From Lepidodermella squamata (lineage: Eukaryota > Animalia > Gastrotricha), in assembly GCA_047495785.1 (NCBI GenBank), contig JBLDXI010000013.1, positions 1,302,001 through 1,366,000 of the forward strand: DNA of 64,000 nucleotides. The letters run 5' to 3'. The position numbers and the translations under genes were made by a program. Every line of letters begins with the position of its first letter. Position 1 is the first letter of the stretch. Shown in pieces: positions 46,821 to 58,200 of the stretch. Under the pieces are notes generated by a model, which saw only the letters and a list, made by a program, of their open reading frames with translations, was not told the DNA's origin and ran no database searches.

Positions 46821-47711
46821 TTATAACCGTGATGGCATTCCGCCTGCGACAACTATACTCTCGCCGGTGATGTAGGAAGCATCTTTGGAACAAAGAAATG
46901 AGACGATGCCAGAAATTTCATCAGGCTGAGCAACTCGTTTAAGAGGCGTATCTTTGAACATGTAGTCGCTAACTTGCTCCGACTCCCACAAAGCACGAGA
47001 AAATTTCGTTTTAACGATTCCAGGACAGACACAATTTACGCGAATCTTATGGTCACCCAACTCTTGAGCCAAAACCTTAGTCAGTCCAAGTAAGGCGGTT
47101 TTGCTCACACTGTATGCTCCAATCAATTTGAACGGTTGAAAGCCAGCAATTGAAGAAATTAGGACTACCGAACCATCGCCAGTCGCCGATAATTTAGGCA
47201 CAGCTTCTTTTACGAGCAGAAATGCGTCTTTAACATTTAGCTCAAATATCTTGTCCCACATGACTTCGGTAGTTTCAATTAGCGGGCCAAATGTGGGTGA
47301 CACCGCAGCATTAGAAACAAGAATATCCAATTTTCCGAATTTTGCCACGGCTTCTTCTAGCAGATTTGTACGATCGGCAGTTTTAGCTACATGTGCAACC
47401 ACGCCAGTAACTCGACCAGAACTCCCGGTTTTTGATGCAAATTCTTCAATAGCTTTAACGGCAGCGTCGACATTTTTCTGCTGGCGACTGCTGACAACCA
47501 CGTTGGCCCCATCTAACACCAAACGTTTCGCAATGGCTAGCCCAATTCCCTCTGTCGAGGCAGTAACCACAGCGCTTTTACCGAGCAATCGCTTTGATGG
47601 CGATATGTTCTCGCCAATATCAGAATTCGTTGATGAAAGCATAGCTTTGTTCCCTACGGTTCTGTTAATAATAGGGGAAAGTCTGCTAATAAATAATCGA
47701 GAAGTTAACAT
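46821..47711 (-). CDS. DHRS4: Dehydrogenase/reductase SDR family member 4-like (intronless)
   Basis: VVTASTEGIG cofactor motif, LVSNAAV, catalytic YSVSK, and C-terminal PTS1 SRL*. Confidence 0.93.
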   Translation of the reverse strand: MLTSRLFISRLSPIINRTVGNKAMLSSTNSDIGENISPSKRLLGKSAVVTASTEGIGLAIAKRLVLDGANVVVSSRQQKNVDAAVKAIEEFASKTGSSGRVTGVVAHVAKTADRTNLLEEAVAKFGKLDILVSNAAVSPTFGPLIETTEVMWDKIFELNVKDAFLLVKEAVPKLSATGDGSVVLISSIAGFQPFKLIGAYSVSKTALLGLTKVLAQELGDHKIRVNCVCPGIVKTKFSRALWESEQVSDYMFKDTPLKRVAQPDEISGIVSFLCSKDASYITGESIVVAGGMPSRL

Positions 47712-48114
47712 TATTTGGCACAATCTAAGCAAGCAAAGCAAAATGCCTATATACGAATTAGATAAATGAGAAAACGGGTAAAAACGAATAAACATTCTTC
47801 GGCTATTAAATACAGAAGTTTATCTGCATGTTGAGAAATCTATTTTAGAGTTTCAAGTTTCAAGGTGGTAGTATTCAGCAGCAGCGATTGGAGAGATGTG
47901 AGATCTGTAAGGCATAATTAAGGGGCGTCAAAGTGAAAGACAAAGCAGTAAGAGCGTGCCGGCGGATGAGAAACGATATCATTCGAGTGTCGAACCTGAA
48001 ATGAGTAACAAAACAGGACATATTGCGATAGCAAACGAAAAGGTATAAAAGAAATATCACTTGATACTGTCACTAATATGGTCTATAATGCTGGGCTTAG
48101 TATCTATGTCCCCG

Positions 48115-48128
48115 CCCCCCCCCCCCCC
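48115..48128. repeat. C14 homopolymer (G-tract on the minus strand)
   Basis: Seen directly, about 400 nt upstream of the DHRS4 start. Confidence 0.8.
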
Positions 48129-49767
48129 GCTGTCCTGCAGCGGTAGTCAGTCAGTTATCGTGAGTTCAATGAATGAGTTTTAATGTTAAAGCCCCAGACT
48201 CTAACATATATTAACATATTCTAACATATTTCTTAAACGTTCGTGAGTTCAAATCGTTTCTTTCGTCATTTCGCCGAACGAACAAACTGACAAAAAACGT
48301 CAATAAAAAAGTCAAATGACATTCACCGGAAAATACATATAGTTCAATTCTTATTATTTAATTTTTTTTAAATATAAATACATGTTTTTTAATTTTGGTA
48401 TTGCCATGTCAACGACGCCTGCTCTTTGTGAGACGTCGATAGAATGCAAATCGTCATAAAGAAATAGCCCGAGATTTACAGCCTCTCTCTATTCTCAATC
48501 CACAAGGAAGTCGCTAAGCCACATATTTCTTACCGCCGTCGTTGCTGCTTGCTTCATGCTCTTAGCTTTTCTTGTTTCTTGCGTTGCGTCGAAATTTTGA
48601 TATATTTGTTTGTCGAACTCCACTTGAAGCTTGGGGACTGAGATGCCTGCTCTCAAGCTTTGCATGTCACTTATAGTTTTCCTTTTTTATTGGAAGGTCG
48701 TTTATGAGAACCGCAACTGTAAGACAAGAGATTGCAAGAGATGCATGCAAGGAAAATATTCGGTTTCGGATGAGATATGATGCACATCTCATCTGGTAGG
48801 GAAGTAATTTCAGTACCTGGAAATAGGCAAATCAAAAAGCCTCAGTTTAAAATTTGGGCGTGGAAGTGAAACTACGTACTTATTTTCTATATGCAACTCT
48901 TCGAGATAGAAAATTTTTATCGAAATCTGATCGGCAATTTTTATAGTCAGCGATAGCACGCTTCACTTGTCCTATGATTGTCCATTCTCGTTACAGAAAA
49001 AAATATAAATTATAAAAGATGCCAGTTTTCACATTTGTTATCCAACTAGATCAAAGCTCTTTTTCATTAAGGGACGGGTGAATTTATTTTAGACGTAGAA
49101 GCTAAAATCATAGGACATATGTTGATGCAAAAAACTGCGACCAATCGGTGTTAGTTGCAGAGACGCCGCAAAAGATACAATTAGTACATCGTACTTGAAT
49201 CTTTGAAATCTATTGCAACGACCGTTCGCACTTCTTACGTTCTGTGCGCTAAATAGCTGCATTTAGACGGATTTGTGTTCTTTGGGAAATCCAAGTCAGA
49301 AAGTTAGTTTCTCTTGTAACTTGTAACTTATTTTGGCTGGTGGAGAAAAATTCAGAAATGGACAATCATGGGTTCTTTGTGAGAGATTTCACAGCCAAAA
49401 AAGAACCCATGATCCACGATCCACGCCTCCTGTACCCTGCTGAAGGAAGCCCAAATAATCGGCAATATTTTGGGCTCTAAATGCAGATTATAGTAAATTA
49501 ATCGGCGAATGGGGTGAATCTGTTGCAGCCATCCAATTAAGGAAATAAATATATCTATGCATGGCATTAATATTAGGCATTTCACGCAATGGCAAGTATC
49601 AGAGGATTAGCTGATCAGCTGATCAGCATAATCGCTTACTTAATCAGGTTCAACTAATTACCGATTTCTTTTCTTCGAATCGCGTATCCTTGATATCTTG
49701 ATATCGGTTATGTACTTAGGCAGCGGGCAAATAAACATGCAATATTGATTATTCAGTTATACCCGGG

Positions 49768-50660
49768 ATGGCATTCGCCAATAAGGATGCCGCGCATACG
49801 TTGTTGGTCATCACACCAGAGACTCAACTTTTGTCTGCTAGAACCCGTGGTAAAAGAAGTCTGTTGTCAAGCCTGGAAAAGCTGAATTTAGAGGAGGACG
49901 CGCAACCTCTGTCTAACAGCGTCACTGGGCAATATCATCTGGGTTTATCGCCTAAAACATTGCCTTCACCGCTTGAAGAGGATAGACAGTTCACCGTGTC
50001 TGTCCAATACAGGTAAAAGGTTAATATTCATTTATATGCATAATTGGCTAAATTGAATTGAATTAACTAGGACCAAGCTACCGGTTGTAACTCCGCGCAC
50101 GGGTGACCATTACTCGATAAGTACAAATAAAGGCGAAACACATCGCTCGGAATACACTAAAAACAGGATTCAAGCGTATCCTTCAGCATCCATCATATCG
50201 GCGGTTCCTGTTAACAGAGCAGAACGAAACAAAAAATCCAAGTTTCCAGCTGTCCTGATTGCCAAGTTGCTTACCACTCAAGGTTATGGATCGCATTACC
50301 CTCAATTGTATCCAAATTTTAAGAACGCTACGCTTCTTCCTTCGGCAAAACCCCAAGGCTTGGCACCCGACTTCAGTGATTACACATTTATGAAGATGTA
50401 AATTTAGCCCCATATGACGTAAATTCAAGTCAAGATTTTTCAATTACAGGCGGCTGCGCATACATAACACCACCTCGTCGACTCCTATTGGATCGAATAG
50501 AATTGTGATCGATACTAGTCCGTCACCATCAGGAGGAAACGCCCACATTCTCAACTCGATGACGATTCCCAATATTGGCAATACTTATTCTGTTGTTTTT
50601 CCGAAACGACACAAGCGGAAGACTTGGCGTCGGACGGCAAACGTTGAAGAGAGCAAATAG
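49768..50660 (+). CDS. Orphan three-exon gene (at least 260 aa), mostly absent from the ORF track
   Basis: Exons 49768-50012, 50071-50397 and 50450-50660 with 58- and 52-nt GT-AG introns, both phase 2, give one uninterrupted frame of 261 codons. Confidence 0.65.
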
Positions 50661-53461
50661 ATCGGGGCTAAAAAATGTTTTATTCTTTTATAAAAAATAT
50701 GGCAATATGGCAATACTCTCTGCAACTATAAATCTTTTTATAAGGCGGTGGCAATACTCACATTTTTCTCGGTTCTTTTCTTTCTTTGAAATTATACTCT
50801 GTTTTGAAATGACTCATTTGAAATGACTAGCAATAAAAAGTTCAAAACACATCGATCGCAACACCTTTGTTGTTTTATTTCTAAATTTCTTGTTATATTT
50901 CTTCAATCAAGCCTTTCTTCGTTTAAAAAAGAGAGAAAACAAGGACTGCGCAATATACTGCCTGAGCTGTTAAACGATAACATTAACCCTATCCTAATAT
51001 ACGAACTCTTTACAGGCATGTAGGAAAAGATGTTGTCAATAATCGTATTTATAACGTTAAGATTGTGTTATTACATAGGATTCCTTTACAATTTCACCTT
51101 AAAAATTCACCGGTAGATGTAATATTGTGATTAGTAGTTGAATAAGTCAGGTAGGACCAGCAATATTTGATAAGATACGCCGATATCAGGTAGTATGAAA
51201 ATTCAGATTATATTATGTATATTGGCTTCAACATCGATATTTGGAATATTGAAACCCGCATTGAAATTGTGAGATTATAATGTTAATCAGGTAGTTTTAA
51301 GAAGGTAAAAATTTTGATGAGACTGCTAACCACCTTCGAAGATGAAGGCGTGCTAAGAACGATGCCAAAATATTACCGGGTTGACAGTAGTTTTACAGTA
51401 GTTTTCACTGTGCATGATTGGTGCGTCATTCTGCTTTAAAAGGACATTTTCCTGAACAACTTATTCTTTGAGGGGTGTTTAGGACAGTGTCGAAACCTGA
51501 CGGCGTTACTTATAGGTGCATCATGGAGGAGACTTATAGGCTACCCTACTCCAAGGTAATAGGCCTCCTCCTCAGCCCGAGTCGGGAAGAGTTAATTTTA
51601 AACGCGACATCAGCGAAAGTTTGTTGATAAAAAGTAATCGCGTTTTTCTCAAGTGTTACAACGAAACAGGAGTAATCATTTTGAAACTAAGAAGTTTTAA
51701 GGTTGACTGCCACAGAAGTTATGCGAGTAGCTGTTGCCTTTCGTGAAAGGCGCTAATTTAAAATTCCTCATGAGGACAAAAGAGGTGCACATAATTAACG
51801 AGTCCTATAACCATAGAATGATTTCATTCCTGGTTCAAATTTTTTTGTCATTTTCGAATTAATAAGTTTTGATCGGTACGACACAAATAGACGCAGATCA
51901 AGACAGCAAAAATGCGCAATAGATGCTTCCTCATCGTCAAAAGTCGTTTCATGAAAGAAAATGAAGGTGTTGTCCGCAGTCGTAAAATCGAAGCCGCATC
52001 TTTTCTTGATTTTCCCCACCAAGAAAAATAAATGTTGTGATAACAGTGAAAAGCGACGCAAGACGCTGACGCTATTTCACTTCATCACTCCAAATAAATA
52101 GAAGAGTAAATTGTTCAATTTGAAAATACTAGCATTATTTCAATTTCTGCAAGACGCGAAAAATCGAAATAAAAAAATGTAAATAAAATAAATAGAAAAA
52201 GCACTGCAATCTATGCCGTGCGTGAGTCAACGCCTAAAAAAAGCAGACGAGCCGCTGTATGCACAAGGTTATCGATCGTAAACGTGAATATAGCGCGCGA
52301 ACCTTTTTTGAAAACATAAAGAAAGAAAAGTCGAAAGAAAATGCGTTTGTTTCAGAAGTAGAACACTCATGATATAGGCGGTGTTTCATGTGTTACAAGA
52401 CAGAACTGACTGCCTTCAAGAGAATAGCTTCACCGGGTATTCTCGAGTTACATCATTCATCCAAAAATAATTCAAGTCCGTATAGCGGACCTTCGTTTTG
52501 AGTCATTACTGGTATTAAAATGTAATAGCACATTTTCGCTTAGAGGCAGCGTTAATACCATTTCCGGACAGGCACAACGTGACAACATAAAACTAGCCGT
52601 TATAAGATAACTTTTCCAGATAAATTTCAAAGGTTTTCCAGTCAAAATGAAAGCTCTGCGAGTATTTGGTTGTAAATTCTTTTCAAAACAAAGAAGTTAG
52701 ATTATATAGATGAACGAATACGTTAATTAAGGTTCGCGCTACGCTTTACGATCGATTTGCTAATTTCATGCATATGAAGGCTCGCGGCAGTTGGCTCAAC
52801 GCAAAAAAAGGCGGCAAAGATTCCAGCACAGCACCGAAAAAGTCCAACAGTGCGCAGCTGCTTGGTTAGGAAAACTTACTCATCAGTACGTCTTGTGATT
52901 TTTTTTTATCCTAATATACTATGAGTTTATAATACTCAAGTTATTCTTATCAACTAAAGAGATGGAAGCCACAAGTGTCGTATATTCTGAGCTTTCCCTT
53001 CCAAGCACTGCGCACGGCGAATTGGTTAAATTTGAATAAAATATAAATCGCATATCATTCAGTTTGTTTTGAAGATTTGAAGAATTTGAAGAAACTATAT
53101 AAAATATATGATGTTTTGCTAACAAACGAAAATTGCTAAATCAAATAAATATATTCATCAGCCACCGCATCATCATTAAAAATTTTGCTGATTATCAGTT
53201 TCAAGAAGTGATAAAAAACCATCGCGTGATACTGTACCATAGTATAAAATCGCTCGTCAAAAATCCTTCACGTCGAGCAGAATATTTGAATTGAAAATGT
53301 AAAGAATCAGATTCGATAAAGTCCAGCGCTGCTAACAAAATCACCGTCGCAAATAATGAAATAAACATGAGACTCGATTAGGATAAAATTCCAGGTAGAT
53401 TTAAAACAGGTTTCGGGGAGGTTCGAAATCGTTGACGATAGTGAAAGTCGTTGCTCCGTCT

Positions 53462-55226
53462 TCACGGGAAAACGAATCGCGGCGTTTGTTGCGCCATCAT
53501 CAATTCGGGCGGAGAAATCGGCGGAGTCAGCGTGGCGACGCGAGGCCGGTTGAGGATGTTCTCGGTCGAACGGCTCGGCGACATCAGGCCACCGACAGAG
53601 TGTTCGCTGATGGGTGACGCGAAGATGCCGTTAGGCGACGCGAAACTGGAGAAACACAGCGAGGTCGGAGGCGAGATGGCGGCGGCTGCGGCCTGTTGTA
53701 GCTGGGCCTGCAGGTTGAAGAGCGTCGCCAGCCAGTCTGAGCTCGGCGGCATCATAGGCGCCGCCGGGGTAGTCGCCATCAACGCAGCCATGAACATATC
53801 GCTGTGCATGTTCGGCGTCATCGCGACCGGCTGCGGGCGAGCTGGTAGCATGACCGGGAAGTTCGCAACTGGCGCTGATGCCTGCTGGGTCGCTTGGGTG
53901 AATTTCTTCGCCTCAATGACCTGCTCGACCGGTTTCTCAATTCGCTGCTGCTCCGCCTGAACTGGTGCCACTACTACTGCCGCGGACGAGGAGCCATGGA
54001 TCTTCATGTGGCGGTTGATCATATCCTTGCGGCAGGCGGTGTACGAGCACACGGTGCAGGCGTATGGCTTGTCTCCAGTGTGAGTCCGAATGTGAGTGGC
54101 CAAATGATCGGTACGCGAGAACAACTGATCAAAAATTGATTGATAGACATGTCAATAACTTTATTTTAAAGTGTTTACCTGACTGCAGATTCCGCACCGG
54201 TAAGGTCTGAACCCCGTGTGAACGCGAATGTGGCGCGTCAACATGTCACTACGACGGAATTGTCTGTGGCACCACAGGCACAAGAAATTGCGCTTGGACG
54301 AAGCCGATTGCGAAGCTGGCTGTTGCATGGCCGAGCTACCGCCGACTTGACCTGAAGCAGCGCTGGATAGACCCAGCAACTGGCCAGCTGTTACTGCCGA
54401 AGCTTCAGCAGCAACGGCCGGTTGTTGTTGGATCAACGCTGCCATGGCCTGGTCTACGACTCCGGGTTCCATTGCGCCAAGAAGAGCGCCCGTGCCTGCC
54501 ACGCCACTTCCGGCGAGTTCACTCCCTTTAACCGAGTCCAAGTGACGGGCGACGTGATGTACGAGTTTTACATGTCCTAATATAGGTCATTATATTATAG
54601 CAATGTAGACTTTGTAGTTGGGATACCTTACCTGAGAAGCATTCGCCACACAACGCGCAAACGTAGGGATCGGCAATAGATGACGGCGAGATGGTTCCAT
54701 TCATAGCAGCGCTGTCTTTCTTGCTGCTGCTAGACTTGCCAGTAGCCGACGAGTTTTTCGATGACGAAGCTGCGGACGAGGCCGGCGATGATGGTGCGAT
54801 CACCGTGGAATTGTCCGGCGTGAGATAGTCGTCACAAACGTCAATGTCATCCTCGTCGATGTCGTCTTCGACTTCGCTGCTGGCCTGTCGCGACATGGAG
54901 ACGACAGATTCGTCGACGGACGCGAGACGGCGGGCATGATCACCGCAAGACGCAGATGATGATGAGGTCGCCGAGGCGCGTGCCGCCAACAAATCGTTCA
55001 TCTCCTCACTGTCGCAGCATGACGAGTCGAACGAGCACGGCTGGTGTTTCAGCTGTTTCTTGGTCGACGGTGCCGCCGACGCTTCGCTGCTCGTATCCTC
55101 GTCGCTAACCTGCTCGTGATATCGCTTAAGCAGGCGCTGCTTGAATGAAACCGAATCGCTGCCGTTCGATGCTTCGCTGCGTGCGCCAGGTGAAACTGGC
55201 GACTCACAAATTATGTTTGCAGCCAT
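53462..55226 (-). CDS. klu: Klumpfuss-type EGR/WT1-related C2H2 zinc-finger transcription factor (3 exons)
   Basis: One isolated finger ([12 protein letters not shown]|[11 protein letters not shown]) plus three linked fingers with helices [16 protein letters not shown] and CRKDMINRH, matching the Klumpfuss pattern. Confidence 0.88.
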
Positions 55227-58200
55227 TGCCGTAATTATATTTTAAAGATCCCTAGATAGAAAAATTAAATAAAAATAGTTGCACTTGAATTTGAAGAAAT
55301 TTCCACGCTTCGATTCGAGACTAATTCGATTGAACCGTCACGCTCGTCCGCGATAATCACTTTAGACAACAGGGAATCCTTAACCTATACTAATGAATTA
55401 ATTCCGACACCTATACAACTTTTCCTCTCAGATCGCGCTAAGCATACTTGAGGTGTACTTCTAACATCCCGACCACGCATTTACCGCAACTCTATACGCA
55501 TGGATTTATACTAGATGTAATTAATTGGCTATATTTTTTGCGCTAGCAGCTGCCGATAGACCTCTAGACGCTGACGGAATTTCAGCTGCGTCACTTCCTC
55601 TCACCGCCCCCACCTCCATCACATTCTAATTACGCGATTACAAGCCAGGAAAATTGCTCGCATCCTTGGCCTTCCATTATTAACCTAAATAAAGGGCTTT
55701 AAGTAAGGGATTTAAGTTTTGCCTTATAGTGACGCAATCAAGGTCAATCTACTTTCTCAGATTGATAAAGTGCAATGAGACTTAGAAAAGTTTTTTGGAC
55801 AATAAATGCCTGCTATCCATATCTCGGCAAATTTTCTCGGTTGCGTTTCGCTGATGATGCATGACCGTGATATGCATGTCTGCTCTTCCGAATCGTCCTA
55901 TTGATCAGGGAGAGGAAGAGCACGACAGAAAGTGCGCATCGATTAAACTACCTGGCATTGATGAGCGATAATTGCTTCGAGCACTTTTCAAGTGTGGGAG
56001 GGTGGATTAATCATATCGAGTGACACAACTTGACGAGCTAACGATTTTAATCGCAATTAATTCTTCGCCAGCTACCTAGATCAAGCAGGCGTGATGTTCA
56101 AAAAAGCATCTGGCTCGCATAGTTCGTAGAAGCGTGGGGGGAATCATCGGCCCATCGCACAAAAAATCAGGCGGAAGATAATCCCGTTTTATACATCCAT
56201 GCATAATAATATTGTATATAAGAGCGCTATTGTTTCTACGGGTCTTTATTTCATAAGAGAAAATCAGGGCGAAAAGGCTTGAGGAGAAAAAAAAGAAGAT
56301 TTTTTTGTCTTATATCTTATAGCTTCTCACTCACTCCCGCGCTCGCAACCCTTCTCTCGCTGTAAAAGTCTCGCTCAGATGATAGTTTCGGCCGTTTTTT
56401 ATTACTATTATTACTCGGTGCCATCATTCGAATGTTTGCAAAATAATATTCATAATAATAAAGAAAAAAATCTCCTACCGCCCGCCCGTCTGCTCGTTTA
56501 GCTTTGCAGTGTGGACCCAAATGAGGGGAAAATGAAAAAAAGGCTCAAATACGGGAGCAGATCGGGGCAAAAAGTTGAAGTAATACCTACAGCGGAAAAG
56601 GTATTATGCGCCATCATAGGAAAAAAGGGAGGGGGTTTGTTTAACGTTATCTGTGTTCCAACGTGCGCGCATGTGTGGGCGAAAAAAGGCGGAAAAGTGC
56701 ATATCGAGGCGGCAATATAAAGAACGGCAAAAAAACACACACACAAAGCCCGCGCATCATTGTTCTGCGTTGCCGCTAGCGAAAAAAACGAGCAGTTATA
56801 CGGAGGTTATAGCCTAATATTGTTATGCCTTTTTGGCGTTTACTCAGCAATGTTTAACGGGGGCATTTAAGCCAGACGGCCTCGCAGGCGGGTGGGCATT
56901 TTTTGGGCGTGTTATATCGTAATATAGCGCGCATGAAAAAAAACGTTCTGTACGCGCGCGGATAGCAGAAATGTACATAAAGAAAGCGCGGAGAGGGTTC
57001 ACTAAATATAGGTAGACATACAATAAATATAACATCAGGCGGATAAATAAAAATAAATGATATTTCCGCGATTGGCGTCAGCCTACCACGCATTGTTTAT
57101 ACAAAACATCGATTTAGACGAGCGTCGTCGCTTTTTTTTATGAGCCTCATATTGGCTCGCGAATCAAATCGCTGGACAAGTGATTTCGGGGTATTTTCTT
57201 TTTTGCCTGCGTTACAGTAAATGCTTGATCACGATTTATACAGGTAAGAAACTGAGTAAAATTGTGAAAATTCAAATGATTTCTCCAAGAAGTTCATCAC
57301 AAGAGACACAAGAGACTGGCAATTATATCACCCCATATATCATCGGTTCATTAAACAAATGCACCCACATAGGATATATCAGGCGATTAAAAAATGAAGC
57401 TGATGAGAAGAGCTGGTCTTTCTAACGGCTCTTATCATCGAATTACAGAAAGGCTATGCGTTCGGAAAATATAAATGCCAGCCCAATATAAACAATGAGA
57501 AGCGAAAAAGAGACGAACGCCCTCTATTATCACCCACCTTTCCACCATAAAAAATATATTTATTATTACCACAGGCCAAACGAAGGCCAGGTATTGCTTA
57601 AAACAATACGTTTCAAACGGCGCTATACGTATAACGAAGATTTACCGTTATACTCATCAGATGCGATAAAAAAACTAATATGATAATAAAAATTGCAAGG
57701 AGTTCGAGGCAGAAGTTACTGATATATTAGGCGCTAAACCAGAAAGGTGGGTTTCCCAATAGGTTAAAAAGCCGTTAAATTAGGTTCGATGGTACAAAGA
57801 AGTATTGTCGGGACATTTTGGACGAGAAAACGGAGATATTAACGAATTTTAACATTTTAAAACGCACTTGGACTGGAGTTCAAAAACTTCAAAGAGAAAA
57901 ATAATACTGTTTATGAGTGGTATGGTGTAGGTGGGAGAGGTGGACGGAGGCGACACTTACCCTCGAAGTTTACATAAACGATCGGAAAACATTGTCGGAG
58001 AAGTACAAAAACATGGTGATTATATGCCGACTGATGTATCAAGGGCGCTTTTTTCCGGAGGCGTGGCGCGTTCGCTCGGTAAATTATTTACCGCTTATCG
58101 CTGATGTACAGCTATCAAAGCGGGGGAGGATGAATTTAGGATTTACGTGTCCATTGTGACCTGTCAACGTCGAAATGTTCACGGATGCGTGCATTTCCGA

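Noticed and set aside
57400-57442. CTGATGAG followed by a ~14-bp hairpin
   Set aside because: No GAAA core follows the stem, so it is not a hammerhead. It is too short for a miRNA precursor and has no other support.
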